Assembly (NCBI GenBank): GCA_958296135.2
Contig: CATQHZ020000001.1
Span: forward strand, 1,792,001 to 1,856,000
Source: an uncultured Poribacteria bacterium
GTDB lineage: Bacteria; Poribacteria; WGA-4E; WGA-3G
Direction: 5' to 3'
DNA: 64,000 bases
Position 1 is the stretch's first letter, and every line of letters begins with the position of its first letter. Of this stretch, positions 8,897 to 18,614 are shown piece after piece. The translations under genes were made by a program, and so were the position numbers. The notes under the pieces are model-generated. The model was not told where the DNA came from, ran no database searches, and worked only from the letters and a program-made list of their open reading frames with translations.

Positions 8897-9463
8897 CTAT
8901 TCTGAGTGGCACGTCTGATAAAATGATAAAACGGTATCGCCGTAGGATTCTTGTCGCCTCTGTGTCAACTCTCCGATTGTCACCGGCAGATATGTCTGCT
9001 TTGAATGTTCAACGAGCAGCGTGCCGGTGTCACAGAGCAGGCGCGCCTCCGCAAGCAACGTTAGGCAGTCAATATAAAGCCCAGCACGATACGGCGGATC
9101 GAAGTAGATTACGTCAAACTGGGTGCGTCGTTGAAGATGTGAAATGCCCTTTGCAATCGGACAACGAAGCAGGCGCACTTGTCGATGCCTGCGCGTCACG
9201 TCGCACCCCGCAAGGTTACGTTCAATGATGTGGATGCACCGCGGCTCGCGTTCCACAAACGTGACGTGTTTCGCGCCGCGGCTCAATGCCTCGATGCCGA
9301 TGCTGCCTGTGCCTGCGCACAAGTCGAGAAAATTCGCGTCAACAACCTGTTCCCGGAGAATGCTAAACACCGATTCTTTGACTCTGTCTGTCGTTGGCCG
9401 CACGGTATTTCCCTTAGGCGCAGTCAAGCGTCTGCCTCTGAATTTACCGGCGATAACCCGCAT
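8897..9463 (-). CDS. rsmD: 16S rRNA m2G966 methyltransferase
   Basis: MRVIAGKFRGR, RPTTDRVKE, LDLCAGTGSIGIEALSRGA, DPPY, YGDT. Confidence 0.95.
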   Translation of the reverse strand: MRVIAGKFRGRRLTAPKGNTVRPTTDRVKESVFSILREQVVDANFLDLCAGTGSIGIEALSRGAKHVTFVEREPRCIHIIERNLAGCDVTRRHRQVRLLRCPIAKGISHLQRRTQFDVIYFDPPYRAGLYIDCLTLLAEARLLCDTGTLLVEHSKQTYLPVTIGELTQRRQESYGDTVLSFYQTCHSE

Positions 9464-9528
9464 CTTTTTGTTGTTCCTCGCGGTGGTTTGACGTTATCCT
9501 GTAGCAGGCCGTCTTGTTGTCAAGGCTG
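9464..9528 (-). repeat. ~85-nt element abutting the rsmD ATG
   Basis: Minus strand CTTGACAACAAGACGGCCTGCTA..GTCAAACCACCGCGAGGAACAACAAAAAG-ATG. Confidence 0.88.
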
Positions 9529-9533
9529 CCATG

Positions 9534-9557
9534 GCGGGGGACAGGCCCCCGCCCTAC
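9534..9557 (-). repeat. GTAG-type REP family R1 (representative copy)
   Basis: GCGGGGGACAGGCCCCCGCCCTAC; related copies at 525, 1154, 4483, 7739, 8000, 13616, 13664, 27186, 39889, 41962, 49911 and 52254. Confidence 0.85.
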
Positions 9558-9601
9558 GGTGTGGGGCCGGCACGGCAGAGGACAAATCCCCTGTACGGTG
9601 A

Positions 9602-10909
9602 CTACGACGTAAACAGTTCTTCAATAACGTTGCCATCGTTGACAACGCGAATTGGGCGGCCAGAGCGTGAGTAGTTCTCTTCATGCGCGTCAATTCTAAG
9701 GGCGAAGCAAAGCGATGCAAACAAATCCGGCACGCCTATCGGATCTGTCAGCACCTTAACGCCATCAGCATCAGTGCTGCCGATAACCTGTCCGCCACGG
9801 ACTCCACCGCCTGCGATAACGGCAGACCAGCCGTTTGTATGATGGTCCCGGCCCTCATTCCTATTAATGCTCGGTGTCCTGCCGAATTCCCCAAGCCATA
9901 ACACGATAGTCTGGTCCAGCAGTTCACGTTCTTCCAAGTCTTTCAGGAGCATCGCAAACGCAGGATCGACGACGTTGAGGAGTTCTTCTGTGCGCTCAAA
10001 GTTGTTTTCGTGCGTATCCCATCCATCAAGGCTGACTTCAACGAAGCTCACCCCGGCTTCGACGAGCCTGCGCGCCATCAAGCAGCCTTGTCCAAACTTG
10101 TTCATACCGTAAGCCTCGCGGATAGCGAGCGGCTCCTCGGAAAGGTGGAACGCTTGTATATCCGGAGAGTTGATGAGCCGGTCTGCCTTTTTGTAAACCG
10201 CTTCATGTGCCTCCGTGCTGCGTCCGGTGCGTTTGGCGATGAAATCCTTCTCAATGGCGTTCAGCATCTTGAGCCGTTCGCGGAAGCGGTGCGTGTCCAT
10301 CTGTGCCGGATACAAAAGGTCTTCCACTGGCCTCATCGGGTCATTCACGACAAACGGGTCATGCGTCGCGCCCAAGAAACCGCCAGAATAAGTCGGCGAA
10401 TTGATATTAACACAATTCGGGAGGCTAGCAGCGTTATTCTCCAAGTAATAGGATGTCAGCGAACCGAGCGGCGGATGCTTCACCGCGCCGCCGGGGGCGT
10501 AACCGGTATGCAGCAAATAGCGTGCCCGTTCATGGTTTCCCTCACGGGACACCATGGAGCGAATGATAGCGAGATGGTGCGCCTGTTCTGCAACAAGCGG
10601 AAGATGCTCGGAGACCTGGGTGCCTTTCACACTCGTCGGAATCGCGGCGAACGGGCCGCCGTTTTTGCTACTCGGCTTCGGGTCGAACGTATCCAGTTGA
10701 CTGGCCCCACCGCTCATAAAGAGGACAATGCAGTGTTTTGCATGCGGCACAATCTCTTCAAGTTGTGCCAAACCTGGGGTGCCGAAGTGTTGCATCGCCA
10801 CGAGGCCAAGAATACCGCTCACGCCGCTCTTGAAAAACCCGCGCCGTGAAATCTCGGTATGCCACAATTCCGGTGTGTCGTATTCGGGAACCCACAGATA
10901 TGATTTCAT
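9602..10909 (-). CDS. DUF1501 family protein with twin-arginine signal
   Basis: SRRGFF, LFMSGGASQLDTFDPKP, FGQGCLMARRLVEAGV, GWDTH, GEFGRTP, GRDHH. Confidence 0.9.
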   Translation of the reverse strand: MKSYLWVPEYDTPELWHTEISRRGFFKSGVSGILGLVAMQHFGTPGLAQLEEIVPHAKHCIVLFMSGGASQLDTFDPKPSSKNGGPFAAIPTSVKGTQVSEHLPLVAEQAHHLAIIRSMVSREGNHERARYLLHTGYAPGGAVKHPPLGSLTSYYLENNAASLPNCVNINSPTYSGGFLGATHDPFVVNDPMRPVEDLLYPAQMDTHRFRERLKMLNAIEKDFIAKRTGRSTEAHEAVYKKADRLINSPDIQAFHLSEEPLAIREAYGMNKFGQGCLMARRLVEAGVSFVEVSLDGWDTHENNFERTEELLNVVDPAFAMLLKDLEERELLDQTIVLWLGEFGRTPSINRNEGRDHHTNGWSAVIAGGGVRGGQVIGSTDADGVKVLTDPIGVPDLFASLCFALRIDAHEENYSRSGRPIRVVNDGNVIEELFTS

Positions 10910-11041
10910 GTTCTTCCTCCTTTGGTTCGCCCGATAGCCATTAAGAATCTAACGGACCTTTATCGGAATGGGTTCTTTTCATACTGATAATTATGTTATC
11001 ATATTTACGGTTTAAAATCAAGAAAATTTTGAGGAGAGACA

Positions 11042-11581
11042 ATGCAGAGAGACAAGGTGCTCTACCATTTCAGCGAAGAATCAGACATCCGCTCTTTTGA
11101 ACCGAGGTTTGCAACCCCCGAATTAGGCAAGGTGGTATGGGCAGTCTCCGATGCAGGTATGTATACATACCTCTTGCCGCGCGACTGCCCACGCGTCACC
11201 TTTCGCGCCGACAATAACACTACGCAAGAAGATATTCATCGCTTTTTCGGGCACAGCAGCGCGCAATACGTCGTGGTGATAGAAAGCGGCTGGCTCGCAA
11301 AAGTGCAAGCAACTACTCTCTATCGTTACCATATCCCTTGCGATATGTTCCGCCGCTATCGTGAGGATTCAATTTCGCAATACTACGTCTCACATCAGCC
11401 CGTTACGCCGTTATGCGTTGAACCCATCGAAGACTTGGTTAAAGCCTTAATAGACTTTGGGGTTGAATTGCGTATCATGCCCTCTCTGTGGCCGCTTTAT
11501 GACGCGGTGGTGAATTCAACACTGGCGTTTTCCATCATCCGCATGCGGCACGCACTCGCTCGCGATATTACAATGCTGTAG
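11042..11581 (+). CDS. Conserved hypothetical protein (DUF6886-like)
   Basis: RBS GAGGAG; LYHFSEE..FEPR, YLLPRDCPRV, FSIIRMRHA. Confidence 0.7.
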   Translation: MQRDKVLYHFSEESDIRSFEPRFATPELGKVVWAVSDAGMYTYLLPRDCPRVTFRADNNTTQEDIHRFFGHSSAQYVVVIESGWLAKVQATTLYRYHIPCDMFRRYREDSISQYYVSHQPVTPLCVEPIEDLVKALIDFGVELRIMPSLWPLYDAVVNSTLAFSIIRMRHALARDITML

Positions 11582-11682
11582 GCATGCCCGTGCTTTCGCG
11601 GGGCGACACACGCACGTTTGCTGTAGGCGTGCCCGTGACGGCCCTCGCCCTACGGTAAAGTGGCAGCTAAGCGGCGATGTTC

Positions 11683-13569
11683 TCATCGATGAAACCGCCG
11701 TTCTAATTCATCGCGCCCCATCTCGACGATGATGGGCCGTGAATGCGGACAATTGAAGGGAAGTTTCGCCTCCGATAACTCACGGACGAGATTCAGCATC
11801 TCCTTCGTGTCCAACGCATCTCCCGCTTTCACCGCGGATTTGCAAGCGAGAGTTATCAGTGCCTTGTCTAGTGCTTCCGGTAACTGCACTTCGCTAGGCG
11901 GTTCTTCAGGGAGTCCATCAAGCAAATCGGTGACGGCCTGCGCGGCGGCTCGAGTCGGTAATGGCGATGGAATCGCGCGGATTAGAATCGTGTTCCCGCC
12001 GAAGTCCTCCAGATCGAAGCCGAGTTTCTTGAAGATGTCGCCGTGCATCTTGAAGGTTGCAATTTGCTGCGGCGTGCTCTCTAATGTCACCGGGAGCAGC
12101 AGCCCCTGCACCGGAATGCCATCTTCTTTCAGTTGATGGACGAACCGTTCATAAAGTACCCGCTCCGCTGCGACATGCTGGTCGATGAAGAAAACCTTAT
12201 CCTTCGCTTCAGCGACGATATAGGTTTTGAAGAGGTTCGTCTTCAATTCAACGCCATCAAAATCGAGCAGTGTGAGCCGTGCTCCCCCGGGAATCGGCTG
12301 TTGCGGCGGCTGCACATTTTTTGTTGTGCCTAGCGGTTGTTCAGTTGCATCTGGGGGGTTGACATTGTCTTCACGAGCTGCAGTGACATCGTCAATGCTT
12401 GCGGTGCTGTCGTTCTGCACTCCAGCACCACTAGGTTTATTTGGATGGCCGCCCGTCCATGTAGGCGAAGGGCGTTGGCGCGGCGGCATTCGTCTTCCGG
12501 GGCGCGCTCCTGCAATATTGCGGACACCCCTGCCGTCTTCATCAGCGTTCTCAATGGGCGTTTCGATTTTCGGAATATACTTCGCTTTCTGGATAGCACT
12601 GCGAATGATTCGGACGATGCCGCTGTAAACCATCCGTTCGTTCCGGAACCGCACCTCAATTTTGGCGGGGTGAACGTTAACATCGACGGTATTCGGTTCC
12701 ATCGTGAGAAAAAGTAGCGCGACAGGTTGTCTATCTTTCGCCACCATCGCGCCGAGTGCTTCGGTGATAGCCGCGTTGATAATGCGGCTGCGGATCGGCC
12801 GCTGGTTCAGAAAGGAGAGTTGATAATCCCGATTCGGCTTCGTAAACTCCGGCTTTCCGAGGAGGCAGTACAGCTGCAAATCGGGCAGTTCCTCCTCAAA
12901 TTCAATGAGATTCTCCGCGAATTCTTTGCCGTAGATGAGCCGCGCGCGCGCCAGATACGTATCGCACGCACGGACATCCAAGATAGAACGGCCGTTGTGC
13001 GTCAGCGAAAATTGGATATTCGGGTGTGCAAGCGCAGCCCATGTCACCTGATTTGTGATATGGTTTACCTCTGTCGTGTCGCTTTTGAGAAACTTGAGGC
13101 GCGCGGGGACATTGTAAAAAAGATTGTTGATTGACATGTGCGTGCCAGGAGAACAGCCACTCTCTTGGACAGAGCGGAAGACACCGCCGTCAACGTTAAC
13201 CTTTGTCCCCTCCATTGCATCGGCTGCGCGGGTGAGTAGTTCAAACTGCGAGACAGAGGCGATACTTGCCAATGCTTCACCGCGAAACCCGAAAGTCTGG
13301 ATATTCTCGAGGTCTTCAATACGGTTCACTTTACTGGTAGCGTGGCGTTCCAAGGCGAGGAGCGCGTCCTCCCGTGCCATGCCGATGCCGTTATCGGAAA
13401 CACGGATAAGCCGTTTCCCGCCGGCCCGAATTTCGACGCGGATGTTGGTGCTTCCGGCATCGACAGCGTTCTCAACGAGTTCTTTGACTACCGATGCAGG
13501 CCGTTCTACAACTTCACCTGCAGCGATTTTATTTGCTACATCAGCGGAGAGTATTTTGATTTTTGGCAT
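11683..13569 (-). CDS. mutL: DNA mismatch repair endonuclease MutL
   Basis: IAAGEVVERPASVVKELVEN, GFRGEALAS, DVNVHPAK, endonuclease motifs DQHVAAERVLYE, ACK, CPHSRP. Confidence 0.97.
   Translation of the reverse strand: MPKIKILSADVANKIAAGEVVERPASVVKELVENAVDAGSTNIRVEIRAGGKRLIRVSDNGIGMAREDALLALERHATSKVNRIEDLENIQTFGFRGEALASIASVSQFELLTRAADAMEGTKVNVDGGVFRSVQESGCSPGTHMSINNLFYNVPARLKFLKSDTTEVNHITNQVTWAALAHPNIQFSLTHNGRSILDVRACDTYLARARLIYGKEFAENLIEFEEELPDLQLYCLLGKPEFTKPNRDYQLSFLNQRPIRSRIINAAITEALGAMVAKDRQPVALLFLTMEPNTVDVNVHPAKIEVRFRNERMVYSGIVRIIRSAIQKAKYIPKIETPIENADEDGRGVRNIAGARPGRRMPPRQRPSPTWTGGHPNKPSGAGVQNDSTASIDDVTAAREDNVNPPDATEQPLGTTKNVQPPQQPIPGGARLTLLDFDGVELKTNLFKTYIVAEAKDKVFFIDQHVAAERVLYERFVHQLKEDGIPVQGLLLPVTLESTPQQIATFKMHGDIFKKLGFDLEDFGGNTILIRAIPSPLPTRAAAQAVTDLLDGLPEEPPSEVQLPEALDKALITLACKSAVKAGDALDTKEMLNLVRELSEAKLPFNCPHSRPIIVEMGRDELERRFHR
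12315..12402 (-). repeat. ~85-nt element in frame in the MutL linker
   Basis: Minus strand GCAAGCATTGACGATGTCA..GCAACTGAACAACCGCTAGGCACAACAAAAAATG. Confidence 0.85.
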
Positions 13570-13601
13570 TTTTTGTTGTTCCTAGCGGTTATTTCGGCTG
13601 C
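13570..13601 (-). repeat. Element 3' half abutting the mutL ATG
   Basis: Minus strand GCAGCCGAAATAACCGCTAGGAACAACAAAAA-ATG. Confidence 0.88.
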
Positions 13602-13714
13602 CCTTGGCAGATGCTGTAGTGCGGGGGCCTGTCCCCGCGAGCACTATAGGACTTTGGATGATGGCGCGGGACAGGTTTTCCCTCGCCTTATGAACATGAA
13701 AGATTATCGTGCTC

Positions 13715-15784
13715 CTACCCGTTTTCATACAGATAACAGTGGCACGAATGCGCTTGGGTAAAATGCGTTACGCCGGGATATTTGTCCTTACAATGAGGCA
13801 TCACCTCCGGACAACGCGGATGGAAATGGCACCCCGCTGGCCGATTAATCGGCGATGGCACATCACCTTCCAATCGAATCTTTTCTACACCGCTCGCTGC
13901 ATCCATTTTGGGGACAGCCGAGAGGAGGGCGCGCGTATAGGGATGCTTAGGCGAATCAAAAATCTCCTCAGTAGTCCCGCGTTCTACAACGCGTCCGAGA
14001 TACATCACCGCCACCTCATCCGCAAGGTATTCTACGACGGAGAGGTTATGCGTAATGAGCAGGTAAGTAAGTCCTAGTTCACTTTGCAAGCCTTTGAGCA
14101 GATTCAGGATTTGCGCTTGCACCGATACGTCCAACGCGCTCGTTGCCTCGTCACAGACGATGAACTCCGGAGCGACAGCGAGGCATCGCGCGATGCAGAT
14201 GCGCTGCCGCTGGCCGCCGGAGAATTCATGCGGATAGCGTGTTACCATATCCGGCGATAGCCCCACCCGTTGCATCAACTCGGCGATGTGCTGGCGGCGT
14301 TCCGTCGCAGATTCCCCGATGTTGTGCGCCTGCATCCCCTCCTGAATAATATCCCCCACGGTCATCCTCGGATTTAACGAAGAATAAGGGTCTTGGAAGA
14401 TAATCTGCATCCGTTTCCGATATGGATGCAATTGCTGCCGCGTCGCCGTGGTGATGTCAACGCCATCGTAGAGGATGTCGCCTGTGACAGGGACACCTAA
14501 CCGGAGAATCGCCTTGCCGAAGGAAGTCTTCCCAGAGCCGGACTCCCCGACGAGTGCCAACGTCTTGCCGCGCGGAATAGCCAGATCGACATTGTCAACG
14601 GCATAAACATACCCGGCGGTGCGTTTGAAAATCCCTTTCAAAATTGGGTAATGAACGCAAATGTTCTTTAATTGTAGAGCCAGGTCTGGTTTCTCATCCG
14701 CGCGATTTGGGGCGACGTTCGCGTTTTCCACAGTTAACGCTTGGGGCGATTGCTCAATCGTATCCGCTCCCAGGTCTGCGGGAGCATAAAATGGCGGCGC
14801 AGCATTGTAGAGGTGACAAGCGATGCTATGCTGTGCCTCTTCGGGAGACGCGCGTTCGCTTGCGAAAATCGGCGCGATGCTCGCGCAGCCCTCCATAACC
14901 TTCGGACACCGCTCGGCGAACCGACAGCCTTCCCCATATGCCGTTGCTTTCGGGACGCGCCCGGTAATTGTCTGCAATTCGGAACCCCGTTTATGGCGCG
15001 CCGGCGTGGATGCTAGGAGTTTAACGGTATAGGGATGCTTCGGTGTTTTATAGAGCTGCTCCCACGTGCCCATTTCAACGATTTTCCCGGCATACATAAC
15101 AGCAACCCGGTCCGCTATATTTGCGACGACTGCCAAGTCGTGCGTAATCAACAGCACCGCCATCTGGAATTCTTGTTGGAGCCGCTGGATGAGCGCCAGA
15201 ATTTGTGCTTGGATAGTCACATCCAGCGCGGTCGTTGGTTCATCAGCGATAAGAAGAGTCGGCTGACAGGAGAGTGCCATCGCAATCATGACACGCTGTT
15301 TCATCCCGCCGGACATCTGGTGTGGATATTCATCGTAGCGCGCCGCAGGCTCCGGAATCCCCACCCGGTCTAACATTTCAATCGCCGCGTGTCGAGCGGC
15401 GGTGCCGCGGAGGTTCTGATGCAGGCGAATCGCTTCCGAAATCTGATTGCCCACCGTGAAAACGGGGTTGAGACTCGTCATCGGTTCTTGGAAGACCATG
15501 GCGATATCGTTGCCTTGAATCTTCCGTTTCTCGATGGCGGAAAGCCGCGTGATGTCCACGCCTCTGTAATAGATAGCCCCACCGGCGATAAACCCAGTCG
15601 GCTGCGGCACAAGTTGGATAAGCGATAGCGCGGTGACGCTTTTCCCGCAGCCTGACTCGCCGACTAGCGCGAAGATTTCGTTCTGCTGGAGCTCAAAAGA
15701 GATGCCATCTACAGCACGTGCCACCCCTTCGGGCGTGCGAAAATAAGTTCTGAGGTCTTGGACACTGAGCAATGTTTCGTTCAT
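13715..15784 (-). CDS. Fused dipeptide/oligopeptide ABC ATPase (DppD/DppF-type, two NBDs)
   Basis: GESGCGKS and [15 protein letters not shown] and SGGQRQR, HPYT, two Cys-rich oligo_HPY tails. Confidence 0.93.
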   Translation of the reverse strand: MNETLLSVQDLRTYFRTPEGVARAVDGISFELQQNEIFALVGESGCGKSVTALSLIQLVPQPTGFIAGGAIYYRGVDITRLSAIEKRKIQGNDIAMVFQEPMTSLNPVFTVGNQISEAIRLHQNLRGTAARHAAIEMLDRVGIPEPAARYDEYPHQMSGGMKQRVMIAMALSCQPTLLIADEPTTALDVTIQAQILALIQRLQQEFQMAVLLITHDLAVVANIADRVAVMYAGKIVEMGTWEQLYKTPKHPYTVKLLASTPARHKRGSELQTITGRVPKATAYGEGCRFAERCPKVMEGCASIAPIFASERASPEEAQHSIACHLYNAAPPFYAPADLGADTIEQSPQALTVENANVAPNRADEKPDLALQLKNICVHYPILKGIFKRTAGYVYAVDNVDLAIPRGKTLALVGESGSGKTSFGKAILRLGVPVTGDILYDGVDITTATRQQLHPYRKRMQIIFQDPYSSLNPRMTVGDIIQEGMQAHNIGESATERRQHIAELMQRVGLSPDMVTRYPHEFSGGQRQRICIARCLAVAPEFIVCDEATSALDVSVQAQILNLLKGLQSELGLTYLLITHNLSVVEYLADEVAVMYLGRVVERGTTEEIFDSPKHPYTRALLSAVPKMDAASGVEKIRLEGDVPSPINRPAGCHFHPRCPEVMPHCKDKYPGVTHFTQAHSCHCYLYENG

Positions 15785-15790
15785 AAAACT

Positions 15791-15820
15791 AGTATAGCAT
15801 GTACGTTATAGAAAAATCAA
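15791..15820 (-). promoter_or_regulatory. Promoter, probably giving a leaderless mRNA for the ABC ATPase
   Basis: Minus strand TTGATT-18 nt-TATACT (TG at the extended -10 position), then only 6 nt to the ATG and no RBS. Confidence 0.55.
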
Positions 15821-15908
15821 GGCAAAGTTTTGTCTGTCCGAGCAGTTACCCCATTGTCGCCTGATTTGTCGGATGTCCGCTGCGATAGCAAGTTGTAAAA
15901 AATAACGG

Positions 15909-15937
15909 TTGACAAAAACGCGTTTTTCTGCTAATTT
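15909..15937 (+). promoter_or_regulatory. sigma70 promoter for the oxidoreductase pair
   Basis: TTGACA-17 nt-TAATTT with extended TG. Confidence 0.6.
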
Positions 15938-16062
15938 AACAGTAAACTCGATTCCTTATTAGCAGGACGGACGCAAATTCCGAAAACGCCCGTTCGGTAG
16001 GCGCGATTAAAAAGCGCGCCTCCGGAGTTTGTTCTGCGTAAGTCCTATTAGGAGAGATTCTC

Positions 16063-17100
16063 ATGTATAAAAGCGCGATGTTAGGGTGCGGTGGGCGTGC
16101 CCGAGCGCATGCAGCTGCATATCGCTTCGTCAACGGCGGGAAACTCGCCGCTATTTGTGATATGAACACCGAGTTACTCAACAAATTCGGGGACGATTTC
16201 GGCATATCGGCGCGCTACACCGACTTAGACGAGATGTTGGAGAAGGAGAAACCGGATGTCCTTCATATCGTCACCGCACCGGTGCTACGCGGTAGCAATG
16301 AGCGCATCCGTTACCCGCTGATGAAACAGGCATCCGACCACGGGGTGCCAGCCGCCATCGTGGAAAAGCCGATTGCCGTGGAAAGCGAGGACTGGAAACA
16401 GATCGCCGCCCTCGCTGACAACACCGCCACGAAGTTCGTTGTTAACACGCAACTTAACTTCCACCCGCAAAACTTGGAGTTGAAACGCGATGTGGCAGAA
16501 GGCAGAATTGGTGACATCAAATTCATCGAGGCAGGCGCGCGTAGCACTCCTGTTGATCAGGCACCGCATGTGTTACAACTCGTATCATCTTATATTGACA
16601 ACTCGCGGCCGGTGCGGGTGCTCGGGCAGATTTCTGGGGCGGGGCCTTTAGATTCAACACAGCCCTCGCCGCAACACGCCGCCGCGCGCGTGCAGTATGA
16701 GAACGGACTGCACGTATCTGTTGCCTTTGGCGCGGATATCGCGCCACGGGCATCCGACAGTGACAGTACTGTCGCACATAAACGGGTTTTCGTCGTTGGG
16801 ACGAAAGGCTTCGTGCATTGGCGGTTCAGTAGCTGGGAGCGCGCCACGCAGGAAGGCGGCTATGAAGGCGGCCCACTCAACTATGGTGAACAAGATGTTG
16901 TCGCCCAAGGCAACCTCACTGAGGCTGTCTTCAACTGGCTCGATGATGAGAACAACGTGCATCCGACGCATCTCAAGCAGTCTCTCGCAGAATTCAACCT
17001 GCTGCTAGGGATTTATTACAGCGGCATCACCCACGAAATCATTGAGCTGCCGTTCGACCCGCCCGATGGGTTAATCGATTTACTCAGACAAGCGTTGTAA
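16063..17100 (+). CDS. Gfo/Idh/MocA family oxidoreductase, tandem copy 1
   Basis: GCGGRA Rossmann start, EKPDVLHIVT, VEKPIA; RBS AGGAG. Confidence 0.9.
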   Translation: MYKSAMLGCGGRARAHAAAYRFVNGGKLAAICDMNTELLNKFGDDFGISARYTDLDEMLEKEKPDVLHIVTAPVLRGSNERIRYPLMKQASDHGVPAAIVEKPIAVESEDWKQIAALADNTATKFVVNTQLNFHPQNLELKRDVAEGRIGDIKFIEAGARSTPVDQAPHVLQLVSSYIDNSRPVRVLGQISGAGPLDSTQPSPQHAAARVQYENGLHVSVAFGADIAPRASDSDSTVAHKRVFVVGTKGFVHWRFSSWERATQEGGYEGGPLNYGEQDVVAQGNLTEAVFNWLDDENNVHPTHLKQSLAEFNLLLGIYYSGITHEIIELPFDPPDGLIDLLRQAL

Positions 17101-17130
17101 TTCCATTCTACTACAGAGGAGAAATTTTTC

Positions 17131-18168
17131 ATGTATAAAAGCGCGATGTTAGGGTGCGGTGGGCGTGCCCGAGCACATGCAGCTGCATATCGCTTCGTCA
17201 ATGGCGGGAAACTCGCCGCTATTTGTGATATGAACACCGAGTTACTCAACAAATTCGGGGACGATTTCGGCATATCGGCGCGCTACACCGACTTAGACGA
17301 GATGTTGGAGAAGGAGAAACCGGATGTCCTTCATATCGTCACCGCACCGGTGCTACGCGGTAGCAATGAGCGCATCCGTTACCCGCTGATGAAACAGGCA
17401 TCCGACCACGGGGTGCCAGCCGCCATCGTGGAAAAGCCGATTGCCGTGGAAAGCGAGGACTGGAAACAGATCGCCGCCCTCGCTGACAACACCTCTACGA
17501 AGTTCGTTGTTAACACGCAACTTAACTTCCACCCGCAAAACTTGGAGTTGAAACGCGATGTGGCAGAAGGCAGAATTGGTGACATTAAGTTCATTGATGC
17601 CAGCGCGCGTAGCACTCCTGTCGACCAGGGCCCGCATGTGTTGCAACTCGTCTCGTCCTACATTGACAACTCGCGGCCGGTGCGGGTGCTCGGGCAGATT
17701 TCTGGGCGCGAGCAGTTAGACTCAGCGCAGCCCTCGCCGCAATACGCCGCCGCGCGCGTGCAGTATGAGAACGGCCTGCATGTCTCCGTTGCATTCGGCA
17801 CAGCTATCGCCCCGACTGCATCCGAAGATCCGGTGGTTTACTTCCACAAACGGGTTTTCGTCGTCGGGACGAAGGGCTTCGTGCATTGGCGGTTCAGTAG
17901 CTGGGAGCGCGCCACGCAGGAAGGCGGCTATGAAGGCGGCCCACTCAACTATGGCGAACAAGATGTCGTCGCCCAAGGCAACCTCACCGAGGCTGTCTTC
18001 AACTGGCTCGATGATGAGAACAACGTGCACCCGACGCATCTCAAGCAGTCTCTCGCAGAATTCAACCTGCTGTTAGGGATTTACTACAGTGGCATCACGA
18101 ACGAGGTAATTGATTTGCCATTCGATCCGCCCGATGGGCTGATGGATTCACTTCGGGCACAGTTGTAA
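17131..18168 (+). CDS. Gfo/Idh/MocA family oxidoreductase, tandem copy 2
   Basis: Near-identical to 16063..17100 at a 1068-nt offset; RBS GAGGAG. Confidence 0.9.
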   Translation: MYKSAMLGCGGRARAHAAAYRFVNGGKLAAICDMNTELLNKFGDDFGISARYTDLDEMLEKEKPDVLHIVTAPVLRGSNERIRYPLMKQASDHGVPAAIVEKPIAVESEDWKQIAALADNTSTKFVVNTQLNFHPQNLELKRDVAEGRIGDIKFIDASARSTPVDQGPHVLQLVSSYIDNSRPVRVLGQISGREQLDSAQPSPQYAAARVQYENGLHVSVAFGTAIAPTASEDPVVYFHKRVFVVGTKGFVHWRFSSWERATQEGGYEGGPLNYGEQDVVAQGNLTEAVFNWLDDENNVHPTHLKQSLAEFNLLLGIYYSGITNEVIDLPFDPPDGLMDSLRAQL

Positions 18169-18210
18169 GTGAAGTTTCACAAATGAATGGGGTGATTTTT
18201 AAGAGGCAAG

Positions 18211-18240
18211 GGTAAGGGCGGATGTCTCTCCGCCCTTACC
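18211..18240 (+). repeat. Palindromic REP family R3 (representative copy; possible terminator-like hairpin)
   Basis: GGTAAGGGCGGA-TGTCTC-TCCGCCCTTACC perfect stem; related copies at 33295, 46487 and weakly 39839. Confidence 0.8.
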
Positions 18241-18344
18241 CTCGTCCAAAACCACCTATTGATTTGTTTGAGCTTCATAAACAATCCGCCTTATGTTGTT
18301 TAGAATTGCGAGTTCCGGCAACCGGAGCGAGGAGAATCCGAATA

Positions 18345-18614
18345 ATGAACGCATATCAGTCATTTTCAAAATTTACGTTATTCGTCTTCGTTTTCCTCTT
18401 TTTCGGCATTCTCCCGCGCAATATCAACGGGGAACTCGTTGGCTATATCGGCAGCCGGAACGGACAAAACCATTTTGCCGGGGTTGTTGACGAGGTAGCG
18501 TTTTGGAATGAGGCAATTCCTGTGGAAGCATCGATGAACCCGCAGCCGGTCAAAGGACGCGACAAACTCGCGACAACCTGGGCTACCCTTAAGCGCAATG
18601 GATATTCAGACTGA
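18345..18614 (+). pseudogene. Internally deleted LamG-domain protein remnant
   Basis: Signal peptide plus ELVGY joined directly to IGSRNG..DEVAFWN and the KLATTWATLK tail; compare the intact paralogue at 52299..53072. Confidence 0.6.

Noticed and set aside
16063-18168. Tandem pair as a diversity-generating retroelement TR/VR
   Set aside because: Both copies are whole genes, the differences are not adenine-specific, and there is no reverse transcriptase in the window.
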